A stretch of 40,192 bases of DNA. It comes from a virus. The stretch lies in the UHGV virus genome UHGV-0071970. One strand, 5' to 3'. The notes beneath the pieces were generated by a model. It was not told where the DNA came from and did no database searches. It saw only the letters and a program-made list of their open reading frames with translations. The position numbers and the translations under genes are program-made. Of the stretch, positions 1 through 7,946 are shown piece by piece. The number at the start of each line of letters is the position of its first letter. The first letter of the stretch is position 1.

Positions 1-49
1 TTTCAATGACTAAATCAAAACAAGGGGAGCAAATTAACGCAAATTACAA

Positions 50-1042
50 CTAGTCAATGGACAGTTTATGGACACTATCAGCCAGCGGATTAAAGCTAAT
101 CGCATCCTGTAAAAAGTCCGGTGAAAAATGCGCATACGTCATCGTTTGTTGAATCGTGGCGTGCCCAAGGATTCGCTGTAACGTAACGATATTTCCGCCG
201 TTCATCATGAAATGCGTGGCGAACGTGTGACGCATAACGTGAGTCGCCTGACCTTTGGGTAAATCCGGTTTCACCTCCTGAAGGATATCCCGAAAACGGA
301 TGTAATCAGCCTGGTACAATAGCCCGGTTTTTCGGGTTTTTATCAACGAAAGCACCGTATCAGAAACAGGAACCGCGCGGGATTTTCCATTCTTTGTGTT
401 AAAGAACATTACGCGGTTACCAACGATATGCTCACCACGTAAGCCAGCTGCTTCCCCCCACCTTGCGCCAGTGGAAAGACACAGAACAGCAACGCGACGC
501 GCATCCCCCTCGAGTCGTTCAAGCAGCCGATCAATCTCATCATCTGAAAGAAAGGCCATTTCTGTATTCCTGACCTTGAGCTTACGTATTCCACGCACCG
601 GGTTTTCGTTATGGAAAACATCCGCATCAATCAGCGAGGTAAACATTGCAGACAAGGCACACAAATCACGATTAACACTGGAGGGCATTAATCCGGCCTG
701 TAATTTATCTGAACGATACCCGAGCATAAACTTTCGCGTCATCTCACTGGCGCGGGGGTCCCTCATCTCACGGTTTATTTTTTCCAGCCTGACCCTGTAA
801 GTATCCCCGTAAGGCTGATTCCGGCCATCAAGCACCCACCAGGCATCTATCAGTTCGGATAACCGACGCTGATCAGCTGGCTTGGCCTGCCACGGTTTAT
901 CGTGGAAATTCTGCAAAACATACCTTTCAAACTCCTGTGCCTTTGACTTCAGGGTAAAAATCTTACGGATCCGCTTTCCTTCCGTCCCTTGCGGTCTTAC
1001 ATCAACCTTATAACGCCCGTCTTTGAGTTGCTTAATCGACAT
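50..1042 (-). CDS. int: Tyrosine recombinase / phage integrase (P2 Int-like)
   Basis: Translation MSIKQLKDGRYKVDVRP...LSTGARWGEA...HVMRHTFATHFMMNGGNIVTLQRILGHATIQQTMTYAHF matches the P2 integrase pattern including the catalytic R..H-x-x-R..Y region. ATG at 1042 has SD GGAGGGG upstream; the track start at 1057 is a TTG. Confidence 0.9.
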   Translation of the reverse strand: MSIKQLKDGRYKVDVRPQGTEGKRIRKIFTLKSKAQEFERYVLQNFHDKPWQAKPADQRRLSELIDAWWVLDGRNQPYGDTYRVRLEKINREMRDPRASEMTRKFMLGYRSDKLQAGLMPSSVNRDLCALSAMFTSLIDADVFHNENPVRGIRKLKVRNTEMAFLSDDEIDRLLERLEGDARRVAVLCLSTGARWGEAAGLRGEHIVGNRVMFFNTKNGKSRAVPVSDTVLSLIKTRKTGLLYQADYIRFRDILQEVKPDLPKGQATHVMRHTFATHFMMNGGNIVTLQRILGHATIQQTMTYAHFSPDFLQDAISFNPLADSVHKLSID

Positions 1043-1111
1043 GATTAGCCCCTCCAACGGATGAATCAGCCGTACACTCTCTACGGGATGAAACCCGCTC
1101 GATGTACAGCG

Positions 1112-1453
1112 TTAGCCAGCATTGCGACGAGATCGGGGTGATTTTTGGGTAATGCCGATTGAAACCTGATCGCCCTCCGACTGAATGGAGCCATCAAGAG
1201 AGAGAGCCGGGGCTATCTGACCGGCAGCAGGCATTGTCTTATCTTTTATTAGCCACATCATGTATTTTTCAAACCGATCAACTTGGAGAACCATCTCAAC
1301 AATTTTGGCTCTGGCGCTTTTTTGCCCTGATTCATAGTTCCTTATGGCAGCTAAAGACAACCCCGTAATATCCGCAAATTCCTTTTGCGTTAGCCCTTCA
1401 GCCTTGCGTATTTGACGTAGCTTTTTTGCATAGTCTATTGACAAGATAACCAT
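1112..1453 (-). CDS. Immunity repressor, P2 C-like helix-turn-helix protein
   Basis: Translation ...LTQKEFADITGLSLAAIRNYESGQ...GQIAPAL resembles P2 repressor C (HTH followed by a GQIAPAL motif). Divergent from the early operon and adjacent to int. Confidence 0.75.
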   Translation of the reverse strand: MVILSIDYAKKLRQIRKAEGLTQKEFADITGLSLAAIRNYESGQKSARAKIVEMVLQVDRFEKYMMWLIKDKTMPAAGQIAPALSLDGSIQSEGDQVSIGITQKSPRSRRNAG

Positions 1454-1473
1454 TTGAGTATTAACCTCTCGCG

Positions 1474-1497
1474 AAAGATACTCGTGCGAGTATCTTT
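1474..1497. promoter_or_regulatory. Candidate operator: perfect palindrome AAAGATACTCG-TG-CGAGTATCTTT between divergent repressor and early genes
   Basis: 11-bp perfect inverted arms in the 104-bp divergent intergenic region. A TTGACA hexamer (1438-1443) sits just upstream on the plus strand. Confidence 0.5.
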
Positions 1498-1557
1498 TAT
1501 AAACCTAAACAAACCTTCATGAGGCGCGACAAGCGCACCAACGCAAGAGGATAGCAA

Positions 1558-2082
1558 ATGCGGAAGTCAATTGCCGATAAAGAGTTATCTGACACACAAG
1601 CCCTTCAGGAAAACGACAGCATCACCGAATCCGTTGGCGCGGCAAACGACGATGAACACCAAGAGGAAAAGAAAAAACGCACCTACAAAAAAGGGGCAAC
1701 CTTGCGACTGGATGGCCCGGTAGCCGGACTTTGCTCACTTGAAAAAGGGGCAGCCTATATCGGGTTGACAAAAGCTGCATTGCGCGTGGCGCTTCAGCGA
1801 AATCAGATGCCTGGACACAAGACCCGTTCAAACCCTGAAGATGAAAATTCGGATGGCGTGTGGTGGTTTAACGCCAGAGAGTGGGACAAGCTGGCTGACG
1901 AACTACCAGAATGCGAGCCGCCAGAATGGCACAACTGGAAAAGCTACTGGACATACGACCGACAGAAAAGAAAGTTTTCCCCGGCAAACAAAGAAGACTG
2001 CCAGACCATCAATGGAAAGCGGGTTTACACAGGAAGAAAGTCAAAACTGGAGCAACACCAATACAGTGGAGGCAACCAGTGA
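1558..2082 (+). CDS. Cox/excisionase-like HTH protein with long acidic N-terminal extension (first early gene)
   Basis: Segment YIGLTKAALRVALQRNQMPG...WWFNAREW resembles the Cox/AlpA-type HTH plus aromatic wing. ATG with SD AAGAGG. At 174 aa it is far longer than P2 Cox, so the assignment is tentative. Confidence 0.5.
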   Translation: MRKSIADKELSDTQALQENDSITESVGAANDDEHQEEKKKRTYKKGATLRLDGPVAGLCSLEKGAAYIGLTKAALRVALQRNQMPGHKTRSNPEDENSDGVWWFNAREWDKLADELPECEPPEWHNWKSYWTYDRQKRKFSPANKEDCQTINGKRVYTGRKSKLEQHQYSGGNQ

Positions 2083-2166
2083 CATCAAAACAAACCGGCA
2101 ACAGCGAAATCCCAGGAATGAGATTTCGCCGCAGATGCTGTGGAAAATGGTTGTTATGCAAGCAGC

Positions 2167-2622
2167 CTACCAGGCTGATGGATGATCATCCTCAATATCA
2201 AACACATTTCTGTAAAAACGAGAATGTTGCAAGGGATGAATAAGCGACCCCCAACAATCATAAATATCAGCCAGTTCGAACACATCGTATGAGAGATGTT
2301 GAGCAAACGATTCGGCATCTTCAAAAGACTCAAACACCTCATCATACAAGTGAATGTTTTCAGGATACGAAAGTGACAAGCAAAAACCAGACGTAGATTC
2401 CGTAACCAAGAAGACAAGGTGATATTTATCATTCACCAGTGACTGAGCACATTTTTTTACAGAGCGAAGAATCACAGGGGAACGCGCGCCAATACGAAAG
2501 AGTTCTGCATGAGCACGGGCATCAACAAAACTGTGAAACCCCTCACTTCTTGCAAGCTCACGTTCGGCAGCACGCAAAACCCAAAACCACCGCCCAGATT
2601 CGGATGTAAGGATAATTTTCAT
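2167..2622 (-). CDS. Hypothetical protein (151 aa), opposite strand inside the early region
   Basis: 456-bp ORF with no competing plus-strand ORF over most of its length; lower GC than surroundings; no motif I recognise. Its ATG abuts the ATG of the divergent ORF at 2623. Confidence 0.4.
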   Translation of the reverse strand: MKIILTSESGRWFWVLRAAERELARSEGFHSFVDARAHAELFRIGARSPVILRSVKKCAQSLVNDKYHLVFLVTESTSGFCLSLSYPENIHLYDEVFESFEDAESFAQHLSYDVFELADIYDCWGSLIHPLQHSRFYRNVFDIEDDHPSAW

Positions 2623-2886
2623 ATGAATAAAGAGAAATCTCCGGATTATTTTGTGAAACGATTACAGGATGCAACAGAGTCAATGTTGATTGCCCTGAAT
2701 AATTACTCTTACGAAGAGGCCGTAACGGTACTTGAGTGGATAAAGGAAAAAATAACGGAAGACAGCATCGTCAAGATGCAGAGTATCAACATCTCCCGTG
2801 ACAAAACATTTCCACTGCGAATACCGCCAAAACGACGACTGGTTTACTCGATACCAGTCTCAATGCAGTGCAAATTGCCGAAATAG
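2623..2886 (+). CDS. Hypothetical protein (87 aa)
   Basis: ATG at 2623 (MNKEKSPDYFVKRLQD...); the track ORF begins upstream at 2509, but that part overlaps the minus ORF. Weak SD AAGGA 11 nt upstream. Confidence 0.4.
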   Translation: MNKEKSPDYFVKRLQDATESMLIALNNYSYEEAVTVLEWIKEKITEDSIVKMQSINISRDKTFPLRIPPKRRLVYSIPVSMQCKLPK

Positions 2887-2981
2887 TTTATGAGAAAACA
2901 TAAATACTCCTTTGTGTGGTTGGTTATCGTTACAACAGTTCGGGCAAGAATTGCAAGGCGTAACGAAATTACCACAAAACC

Positions 2982-3383
2982 ATGCGCCGGGCATGGCTAA
3001 AAACCCGGCACAAATTCACAGCAGCAGTAGGGATTTTTATGAAGAAACCGGGAAATTTTTCACAGCAGAATTTTCGAACAAGTGCCGAACGCCACGTTGC
3101 ACGCCAGCACTTCCGCAAAAATAGTGCGACCACAACCACTGAAATCCATGCCACACCAGACGGTCACCCGGTAAAACAAACCGGCAAGCACACCTGGACG
3201 ATTGGCGACACTGGCATCGTTATTCACAAAAGTTTTCGCAGCCCTGTTACTGGCAGATTTAATTTCACCCTGACTCGCGGGGATGATTACTTCGGACAGG
3301 ACTTCACATTTTTTGAAGCCTTAAGAACGGCAGACAGATTAATCAGCGGCCTGCGTTTTCAATATCCGGGAAGCAAGCACTGA
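2982..3383 (+). CDS. Hypothetical protein; start uncertain (alternative ATG at 3039)
   Basis: Open frame in the early operon; no recognised motif. Confidence 0.4.
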   Translation: MRRAWLKTRHKFTAAVGIFMKKPGNFSQQNFRTSAERHVARQHFRKNSATTTTEIHATPDGHPVKQTGKHTWTIGDTGIVIHKSFRSPVTGRFNFTLTRGDDYFGQDFTFFEALRTADRLISGLRFQYPGSKH

Positions 3384-3401
3384 TAAATAAAGGATTCAGC
3401 C

Positions 3402-3644
3402 ATGATCGAAGCCTACAAAATACTTATTAATAACGCGTTGCAGCGTTACCACTTCGAACTTGCAAACCGGGGCGTAACTAAGGATGAAAGCCTTCGTAAC
3501 TCACTGCGCGGCGCAATTATGGGACTGTATAACTGCGCGCTGGGCAGCGATGACCGTGAAGCGCTGGAAGAATTAAAGTCGATTATGACAGAACTGTTTG
3601 AAGGTGAAATTGTCGAGCCTTACTTCACAGGAGTGGCAGCATGA
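3402..3644 (+). CDS. Hypothetical early protein (80 aa)
   Basis: Compact ORF; its stop overlaps the next ATG (ATGA at 3641-3644). Confidence 0.5.
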   Translation: MIEAYKILINNALQRYHFELANRGVTKDESLRNSLRGAIMGLYNCALGSDDREALEELKSIMTELFEGEIVEPYFTGVAA

Positions 3645-3766
3645 GCATATTCCTTTCATGGGTAATTCTGATTATCTCCGTGCTTATGGCAATCGGCATT
3701 ATGCGAATTATCCACACACTGAAGGATATCGAATTATTCTTTACCGGCGATAAACGCCGTAAATAA
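3641..3766 (+). CDS. Small hydrophobic peptide (41 aa), candidate membrane peptide
   Basis: MSIFLSWVILIISVLMAIGIMRIIHTLKDIELFFTGDKRRK: one predicted TM helix and a basic tail; translationally coupled to the upstream ORF. Below the 60-aa cutoff of the ORF track. Confidence 0.3.
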   Translation: MSIFLSWVILIISVLMAIGIMRIIHTLKDIELFFTGDKRRK

Positions 3767-3778
3767 AGCGAAAACCTT

Positions 3779-3874
3779 ATGAAGAATGTAAAAGCAATAC
3801 ACACCATCGCCACTGTATGGGTGATATTTCAGGTGAGTGCGCTTATCTGGTTAGCCCTGAAGATCTGGGAATAA
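3779..3874 (+). CDS. Small hydrophobic peptide (31 aa)
   Basis: MKNVKAIHTIATVWVIFQVSALIWLALKIWE: one predicted TM helix; lies 13 bp after the previous small ORF. Confidence 0.25.
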   Translation: MKNVKAIHTIATVWVIFQVSALIWLALKIWE

Positions 3875-3980
3875 CCTGAAGCCGAAAGCAGGCGCGGAAT
3901 AACACCAGAAAACACACGAGCAATTAATTAAGGCATTCATGCCTTCGGGTTCCCTTTGTCTTTTTTTCAGGAGTCAACAA

Positions 3981-4211
3981 ATGAGAACAGCCGAATCACC
4001 CGGCAGAGAAATAACCGCCAGACCAGCTAACCATCATGCGCATATCAGCATGGCCGCAAGAAAAGCCGAGCGTGCACATATCTGCGAATTACTGCGCGAG
4101 CTGACTGAGACAGCGAAAGAGACACACACCTGTCCACAGGAAACCTGCGCAGCCATTGAACGACTGATTGCAATACTCGCCAACCCAGACGAACTGAAGG
4201 GGTGCGCATAA
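3981..4211 (+). CDS. Hypothetical protein (76 aa)
   Basis: ATG with SD CAGGAG upstream; ends where the exonuclease gene starts. Confidence 0.4.
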   Translation: MRTAESPGREITARPANHHAHISMAARKAERAHICELLRELTETAKETHTCPQETCAAIERLIAILANPDELKGCA

Positions 4212-4792
4212 TGAACCATCTCATGATTGACACCGAAACACTGGGTAACGGACCGGACGCAGCCATATTCGCGATTGGGGCGGTGTTTTTCGACCCGTTC
4301 ACCGGAAAGCTGGGCAAGCAGTTTGAGAAATTCATCGACCCGGTGGATTCAGAACGCAACGGCGGAACCGTCAATGCAGCCACCGCTGTATGGTGGGCCG
4401 GACAATCCGTGGAGGCCAGATCCTGCCTGCGCAACGCAGATGGAACAGAGCTGGCAGCAGTGACCGAATTTCTGGCGTTCATTTCACGCAATATGCATGA
4501 CGAAAGCCCGGGCAATTCACTGAACATATGGTGTAAGGGCGCATCCTTCGATTTCCCGATCCTGAAATCCGCCATAACACGCACAGCCGGAGAAAAAAGC
4601 ATCCCCTGGTGCTACTGGAACGAGCGCTGTATGCGCCCGCTTATCGCCATGGCTGAATCAACTGGATGGAAAATGCCAGGCAGATCAGGCAAAGAGACCA
4701 TTGCTCACACCGCGCTGGGCGACGCCGTTTACCAGGCAAAGGTCGTGTCAGAAATCTGGCAGCGCTTCACAACACCATTCCTGAACATATGA
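4211..4792 (+). CDS. DEDD-family 3'-5' exonuclease (DnaQ/epsilon-like)
   Basis: Exo motifs visible: MIDTETLG (Exo I, D-x-E), GASFDFPIL (Exo II), HTALGDAV (Exo III, H-x4-D). Confidence 0.75.
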   Translation: MNHLMIDTETLGNGPDAAIFAIGAVFFDPFTGKLGKQFEKFIDPVDSERNGGTVNAATAVWWAGQSVEARSCLRNADGTELAAVTEFLAFISRNMHDESPGNSLNIWCKGASFDFPILKSAITRTAGEKSIPWCYWNERCMRPLIAMAESTGWKMPGRSGKETIAHTALGDAVYQAKVVSEIWQRFTTPFLNI

Positions 4793-4830
4793 GGTGAAGC
4801 CATGGTCGCCATCCTGAATGTGTGTTGCTG

Positions 4831-4840
4831 CCCCCCCCCC
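4831..4840. repeat. Homopolymeric C(10) tract
   Basis: Exactly ten consecutive C read directly in the sequence, in the spacer upstream of dam. Confidence 0.95.
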
Positions 4841-5027
4841 TGAACGTGGAAAGAAAAGCCCGCGCATCGCTGCATTTATTCCGCGACGGCGTGCGGAATT
4901 TTTCACGCATAAAACCCCACGACTACCTGGTAATAAGAATCGGTTTTCGCTGGCGATTGCTGAGCAAAAACAACGGGGCGTCATGGGATTTATTAACGCA
5001 CGAAACCTATAACAAAGAGGCCGCGTT

Positions 5028-5816
5028 ATGAGCAAAGAACTGTTATCCGGCACGCCGCTTAAATGGGTGGGCGGAAAAAGTCGCATCATGAACACACTGA
5101 AGGCGCATCTGCCAGAAGCAGACTGCCTGGTTGAGCCGTTTGTGGGTGGCGCATCGGTATTCATGAACACCAGTTACAAGCGTTACATCCTGGGTGATTC
5201 CAATGGTGCGCTGATTAATTTCTACCGGCAAGCCAGGGACAACACCGACAGCCTGATCGACGAGGCGAAAACCCTGTTCCTGAACCACAACAACAGGGGT
5301 GACTATCTCATCATTCGCGAAACCTTTAACGCAGAGAATCATGCCTTCCTGAACAGTAGAACGGGAATAAGCGACCGCCGTGAACTGCGACTGGCCGCCA
5401 TGTTTTTGTACCTGAACCGACACAGCTTTAACGGTTTGTTCCGCGTGAACGGAAAAGGCGATTTTAACGTGCCTTTCGGCTGCTACCGCAAGCCCTACTT
5501 CCCTGAGCGGGAAATCCGCGCATTTGCAGACAAGGCAAACAGCACCCGAACGCTGCTTATCCACGCAGATTTTAAGGATACGCTGAACTCTGCCAGTCAC
5601 CTGTTCGGCATGGGCAACACGCTTTGCGTGTACTGCGATCCCCCTTACCTGCGATTCAGTGGCCGGGACAATTTCACCGCCTACGGAAAACCATTCGATG
5701 AAGACGAGCACGTTCGTCTGAGGGCAGCGCTTGACCGCCTTTCACAGGAAACGGGCGGCATGACCAGCATCACCATCTCCAATTCCGACACACCGGAAAC
5801 CAGACGCATTTATTAG
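5028..5816 (+). CDS. dam: DNA N6-adenine methyltransferase (Dam family)
   Basis: KWVGGK, FVGGAS (AdoMet motif I) and catalytic DPPY motif in the translation. Confidence 0.85.
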   Translation: MSKELLSGTPLKWVGGKSRIMNTLKAHLPEADCLVEPFVGGASVFMNTSYKRYILGDSNGALINFYRQARDNTDSLIDEAKTLFLNHNNRGDYLIIRETFNAENHAFLNSRTGISDRRELRLAAMFLYLNRHSFNGLFRVNGKGDFNVPFGCYRKPYFPEREIRAFADKANSTRTLLIHADFKDTLNSASHLFGMGNTLCVYCDPPYLRFSGRDNFTAYGKPFDEDEHVRLRAALDRLSQETGGMTSITISNSDTPETRRIY

Positions 5817-5825
5817 GGTTACCGG

Positions 5826-6008
5826 ATGAACGCCATCCAGGCACCACGAAGCGTTGGCGCAAGAACCCGCGAACCCGCACCGGAGGTTATCGCCACCCTG
5901 AAACAGTGCGACGCATGCGGTCGCCATGGCGGTGGCTACTGCCCGGACTGCGGACCGGTAACGGGAGATGCAACTTACAGCGCGATGTTAATCACCGCCA
6001 GTACGTAA
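5826..6008 (+). CDS. Small Cys4 zinc-ribbon-like protein (60 aa)
   Basis: CDACG...CPDCG pair of CxxC motifs; weak ribosome-binding site. Confidence 0.35.
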   Translation: MNAIQAPRSVGARTREPAPEVIATLKQCDACGRHGGGYCPDCGPVTGDATYSAMLITAST

Positions 6009-6042
6009 ACAACCAGTAAATCAGTAACACCGGAGTCAGGAA

Positions 6043-6279
6043 ATGAATAGCGAAAACAACAAAGAGCTTTTGTGGGAATTGCGTCTCATCGCCCGTGCAC
6101 ACGAGGAAGCAGCAAAAGTTGTCGCAGCTGCTGGAAGACCAGAGCTCGTTATCACTTCAGCAATCTCACTGAGGATCACCATGGAAGCAATTCAGGTAAT
6201 TCAGGATCAGGAAAGTGAAATCGCCACCCTTAAAAAGCAGCTCAACGAGAAATCTGCCGGGCAAAGGAGTCAGCAATGA
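6043..6279 (+). CDS. Hypothetical protein (78 aa)
   Basis: ATG with SD AGGAA; its stop overlaps the next start. Confidence 0.45.
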   Translation: MNSENNKELLWELRLIARAHEEAAKVVAAAGRPELVITSAISLRITMEAIQVIQDQESEIATLKKQLNEKSAGQRSQQ

Positions 6280-6494
6280 TCCAGGAATCAACCGTTATCA
6301 GATTCACAGCCAACGGCCGTCAGTATGAAGTCGACGAAAGCCTGATTGACCAGGGCATGACACGCCAGGACTCACGCAATTCTGAGATGCATCACATCCG
6401 CCTTATCAACGGTTCGCACTTCTGCGCCACGAACATGGAAGAAGTACGCGTGCTGACAGCAACACGCAATACGGGAGGTAAAGCATGGCAGTGA
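6276..6494 (+). CDS. Hypothetical protein (72 aa)
   Basis: ATGA overlap with the upstream ORF (translational coupling). Confidence 0.45.
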   Translation: MIQESTVIRFTANGRQYEVDESLIDQGMTRQDSRNSEMHHIRLINGSHFCATNMEEVRVLTATRNTGGKAWQ

Positions 6495-6835
6495 TTTATA
6501 TCGCCGGTCCCATGACCGGATGCAAAGACCACAACAGGACGGCATTTTGCGTGGAGGACCTGAAACTTCGGTGCGCCGGAAACATCGTTCTTAATCCTGC
6601 CGTACTGCCTGACGGATTAAGCCAGCAGCAGTACATGAGTATTTGTATTCCGATGCTCATGTGTGCCGATGCCATTTACTTACTGGATGGATGGGAAGAG
6701 TCCGCTGGCGCACGGGCTGAGTACGCAATGGCGCTCAAACTGAACATGCCAGTGTCATTCCCGGAAAACCGGGCAGCCGGCGAAACCGTCGCGCAGCTGC
6801 TTCACAAATCAAAAGCCGCACAGGCGACTGAGTAA
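6485..6835 (+). CDS. DUF4406-like protein (nucleoside 2-deoxyribosyltransferase-like fold)
   Basis: N-terminus MAVIYIAGPMTG is the characteristic start of this family. Confidence 0.55.
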   Translation: MAVIYIAGPMTGCKDHNRTAFCVEDLKLRCAGNIVLNPAVLPDGLSQQQYMSICIPMLMCADAIYLLDGWEESAGARAEYAMALKLNMPVSFPENRAAGETVAQLLHKSKAAQATE

Positions 6836-7273
6836 CCGACCGGAGATCGAAACATGATTGCGCGCAGAGCTACCAACCGTCTCACAGGCTTTATTCCAGG
6901 CAAGGTTGATCATGCACTCCATCACGGGGCTGTCACTTTCCTCAACAAAGGAGAGGCGCGCAATCATGCATTCCGGGGTGAGCACGTGGCGCTGGCTAAT
7001 CAGTCTTTGATAGCTAAGCGCCTGCCATTCAGCCTTTTCAGCTCTGATAGAAAGAGAGGCAGCCATGACCTGCCACACCAGAAAGAGCACCACACTGGCG
7101 AAAACAAACGTTGCGCTGTCGCAAAAAATGAATGCGGCAACAATCGCAAGGAAAGCGCTAATCCTCAGAACCAAGGAAGCGCGACGGTGGAGAAGGCTTG
7201 TCATGTGTTCAAGCCAGTAGCTGTACCACAGGTCAAAAAGAATTTCGTAATCAGAAGGGAGCTTATCACTCAT
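6809..7273 (-). CDS. Predicted membrane protein (154 aa)
   Basis: ATG at 7273 with SD GGGGTG; two long hydrophobic segments (LRISAFLAIVAAFIF, FASVVLFLVWQVMAASL). Its 3' end overlaps the DUF4406 gene by 27 bp, convergently. Confidence 0.45.
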   Translation of the reverse strand: MSDKLPSDYEILFDLWYSYWLEHMTSLLHRRASLVLRISAFLAIVAAFIFCDSATFVFASVVLFLVWQVMAASLSIRAEKAEWQALSYQRLISQRHVLTPECMIARLSFVEESDSPVMECMINLAWNKACETVGSSARNHVSISGRLLSRLCGF

Positions 7274-7450
7274 CAGAAACACCCCGCGTATGCAGACAAT
7301 CACCAGTTGCCAGGTGATATTAATTCGCAACATTCTAACCACATCAGCACGCAACACAAAAACCGCTTGCCAGCGCTCGTCGTGTCGGGTTACATTTCCG
7401 CTGCACCTCATAAAACGGGTGCCGGGATTTCCACCCCGCTGACAAACGAA

Positions 7451-7477
7451 GCGCACAGCCGCGCCAGCGGTTTTTTT
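7451..7477 (+). terminator. Terminator-like hairpin followed by T7 (copy 1 of 2; second copy at 8280-8306)
   Basis: GCGCACAGCCGCGCCAGCGG followed by TTTTTTT; short GC stem, so weak. Confidence 0.35.
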
Positions 7478-7517
7478 GTGCGTACTGTATCGCCACGTCT
7501 TTTTCGCGTCAGAATTA

Positions 7518-7595
7518 TGGCGGGGCGTACAGGGCCGACTTCGGTCGGGCCGGTTTCTTCGTTTGCCGGTTGTGGAAACCCTGTACGTCTCGCCA
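7518..7595 (+). other. Long imperfect hairpin with internal UUCG-capped stem-loop, RNA-like (copy 1)
   Basis: TGGCGGGGCGTACAGGG pairs with CCCTGTACGTCTCGCCA (17 bp, including two G-T pairs that would only pair as G-U in plus-strand RNA); inner GGCCGAC-TTCG-GTCGGGCC stem-loop. Confidence 0.4.
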
Positions 7596-7656
7596 CCCTG
7601 AGTTTTCCACCTCTGGTTGGTGAGTTTTCAAAATTCACAAACGAAGAGGCCACACC

Positions 7657-7878
7657 ATGGCAAACCGCAAGCAACAGCGCGCCCGCGCTGAGCGTCTTCA
7701 CATCCGCAGCGAAATCAACCGCAGACTTTTCCGCGCAACACGCGTCGCACAAATCATGCATATCAACATGCTGCATGAGCGCACGCACGCGCTGTCAAAC
7801 CGTTACTGCGCTGCTGTCTTCAGCTATCTCGCCGAAGATCTGGCAGAACTGCAAAGCCTCATCAACCAGCACCGATAA
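7657..7878 (+). CDS. Small basic protein (73 aa), copy 1
   Basis: MANRKQQRARAERLHIRSEINRRLF...; SD AAGAGG 7 nt upstream. A longer antisense ORF (7408..7788) also exists, so coding strand is not certain. Confidence 0.45.
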   Translation: MANRKQQRARAERLHIRSEINRRLFRATRVAQIMHINMLHERTHALSNRYCAAVFSYLAEDLAELQSLINQHR

Positions 7879-7946
7879 ACCACATCCGGAAGCTATCCCA
7901 CACCTGCACGCGGGAGGCTTCCGCACGTCTGTTACCGGAGGTTCTC

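Noticed and set aside
1-49. attL core or tRNA target at the left edge
   Set aside because: Only 49 bp are available; no tRNA-like structure or recognisable att core can be called.
396-800. ORFs inside and antisense to the integrase gene (396..800 plus, 409..630 minus)
   Set aside because: Fully contained within a well-supported integrase coding sequence; no independent support.
4818-5012. 64-aa ORF starting at ATG 4818 through the poly-C tract
   Set aside because: No ribosome-binding site; it is one of the frames created by the homopolymer tract. The ATG at 4802 with an SD is the more plausible initiation site.
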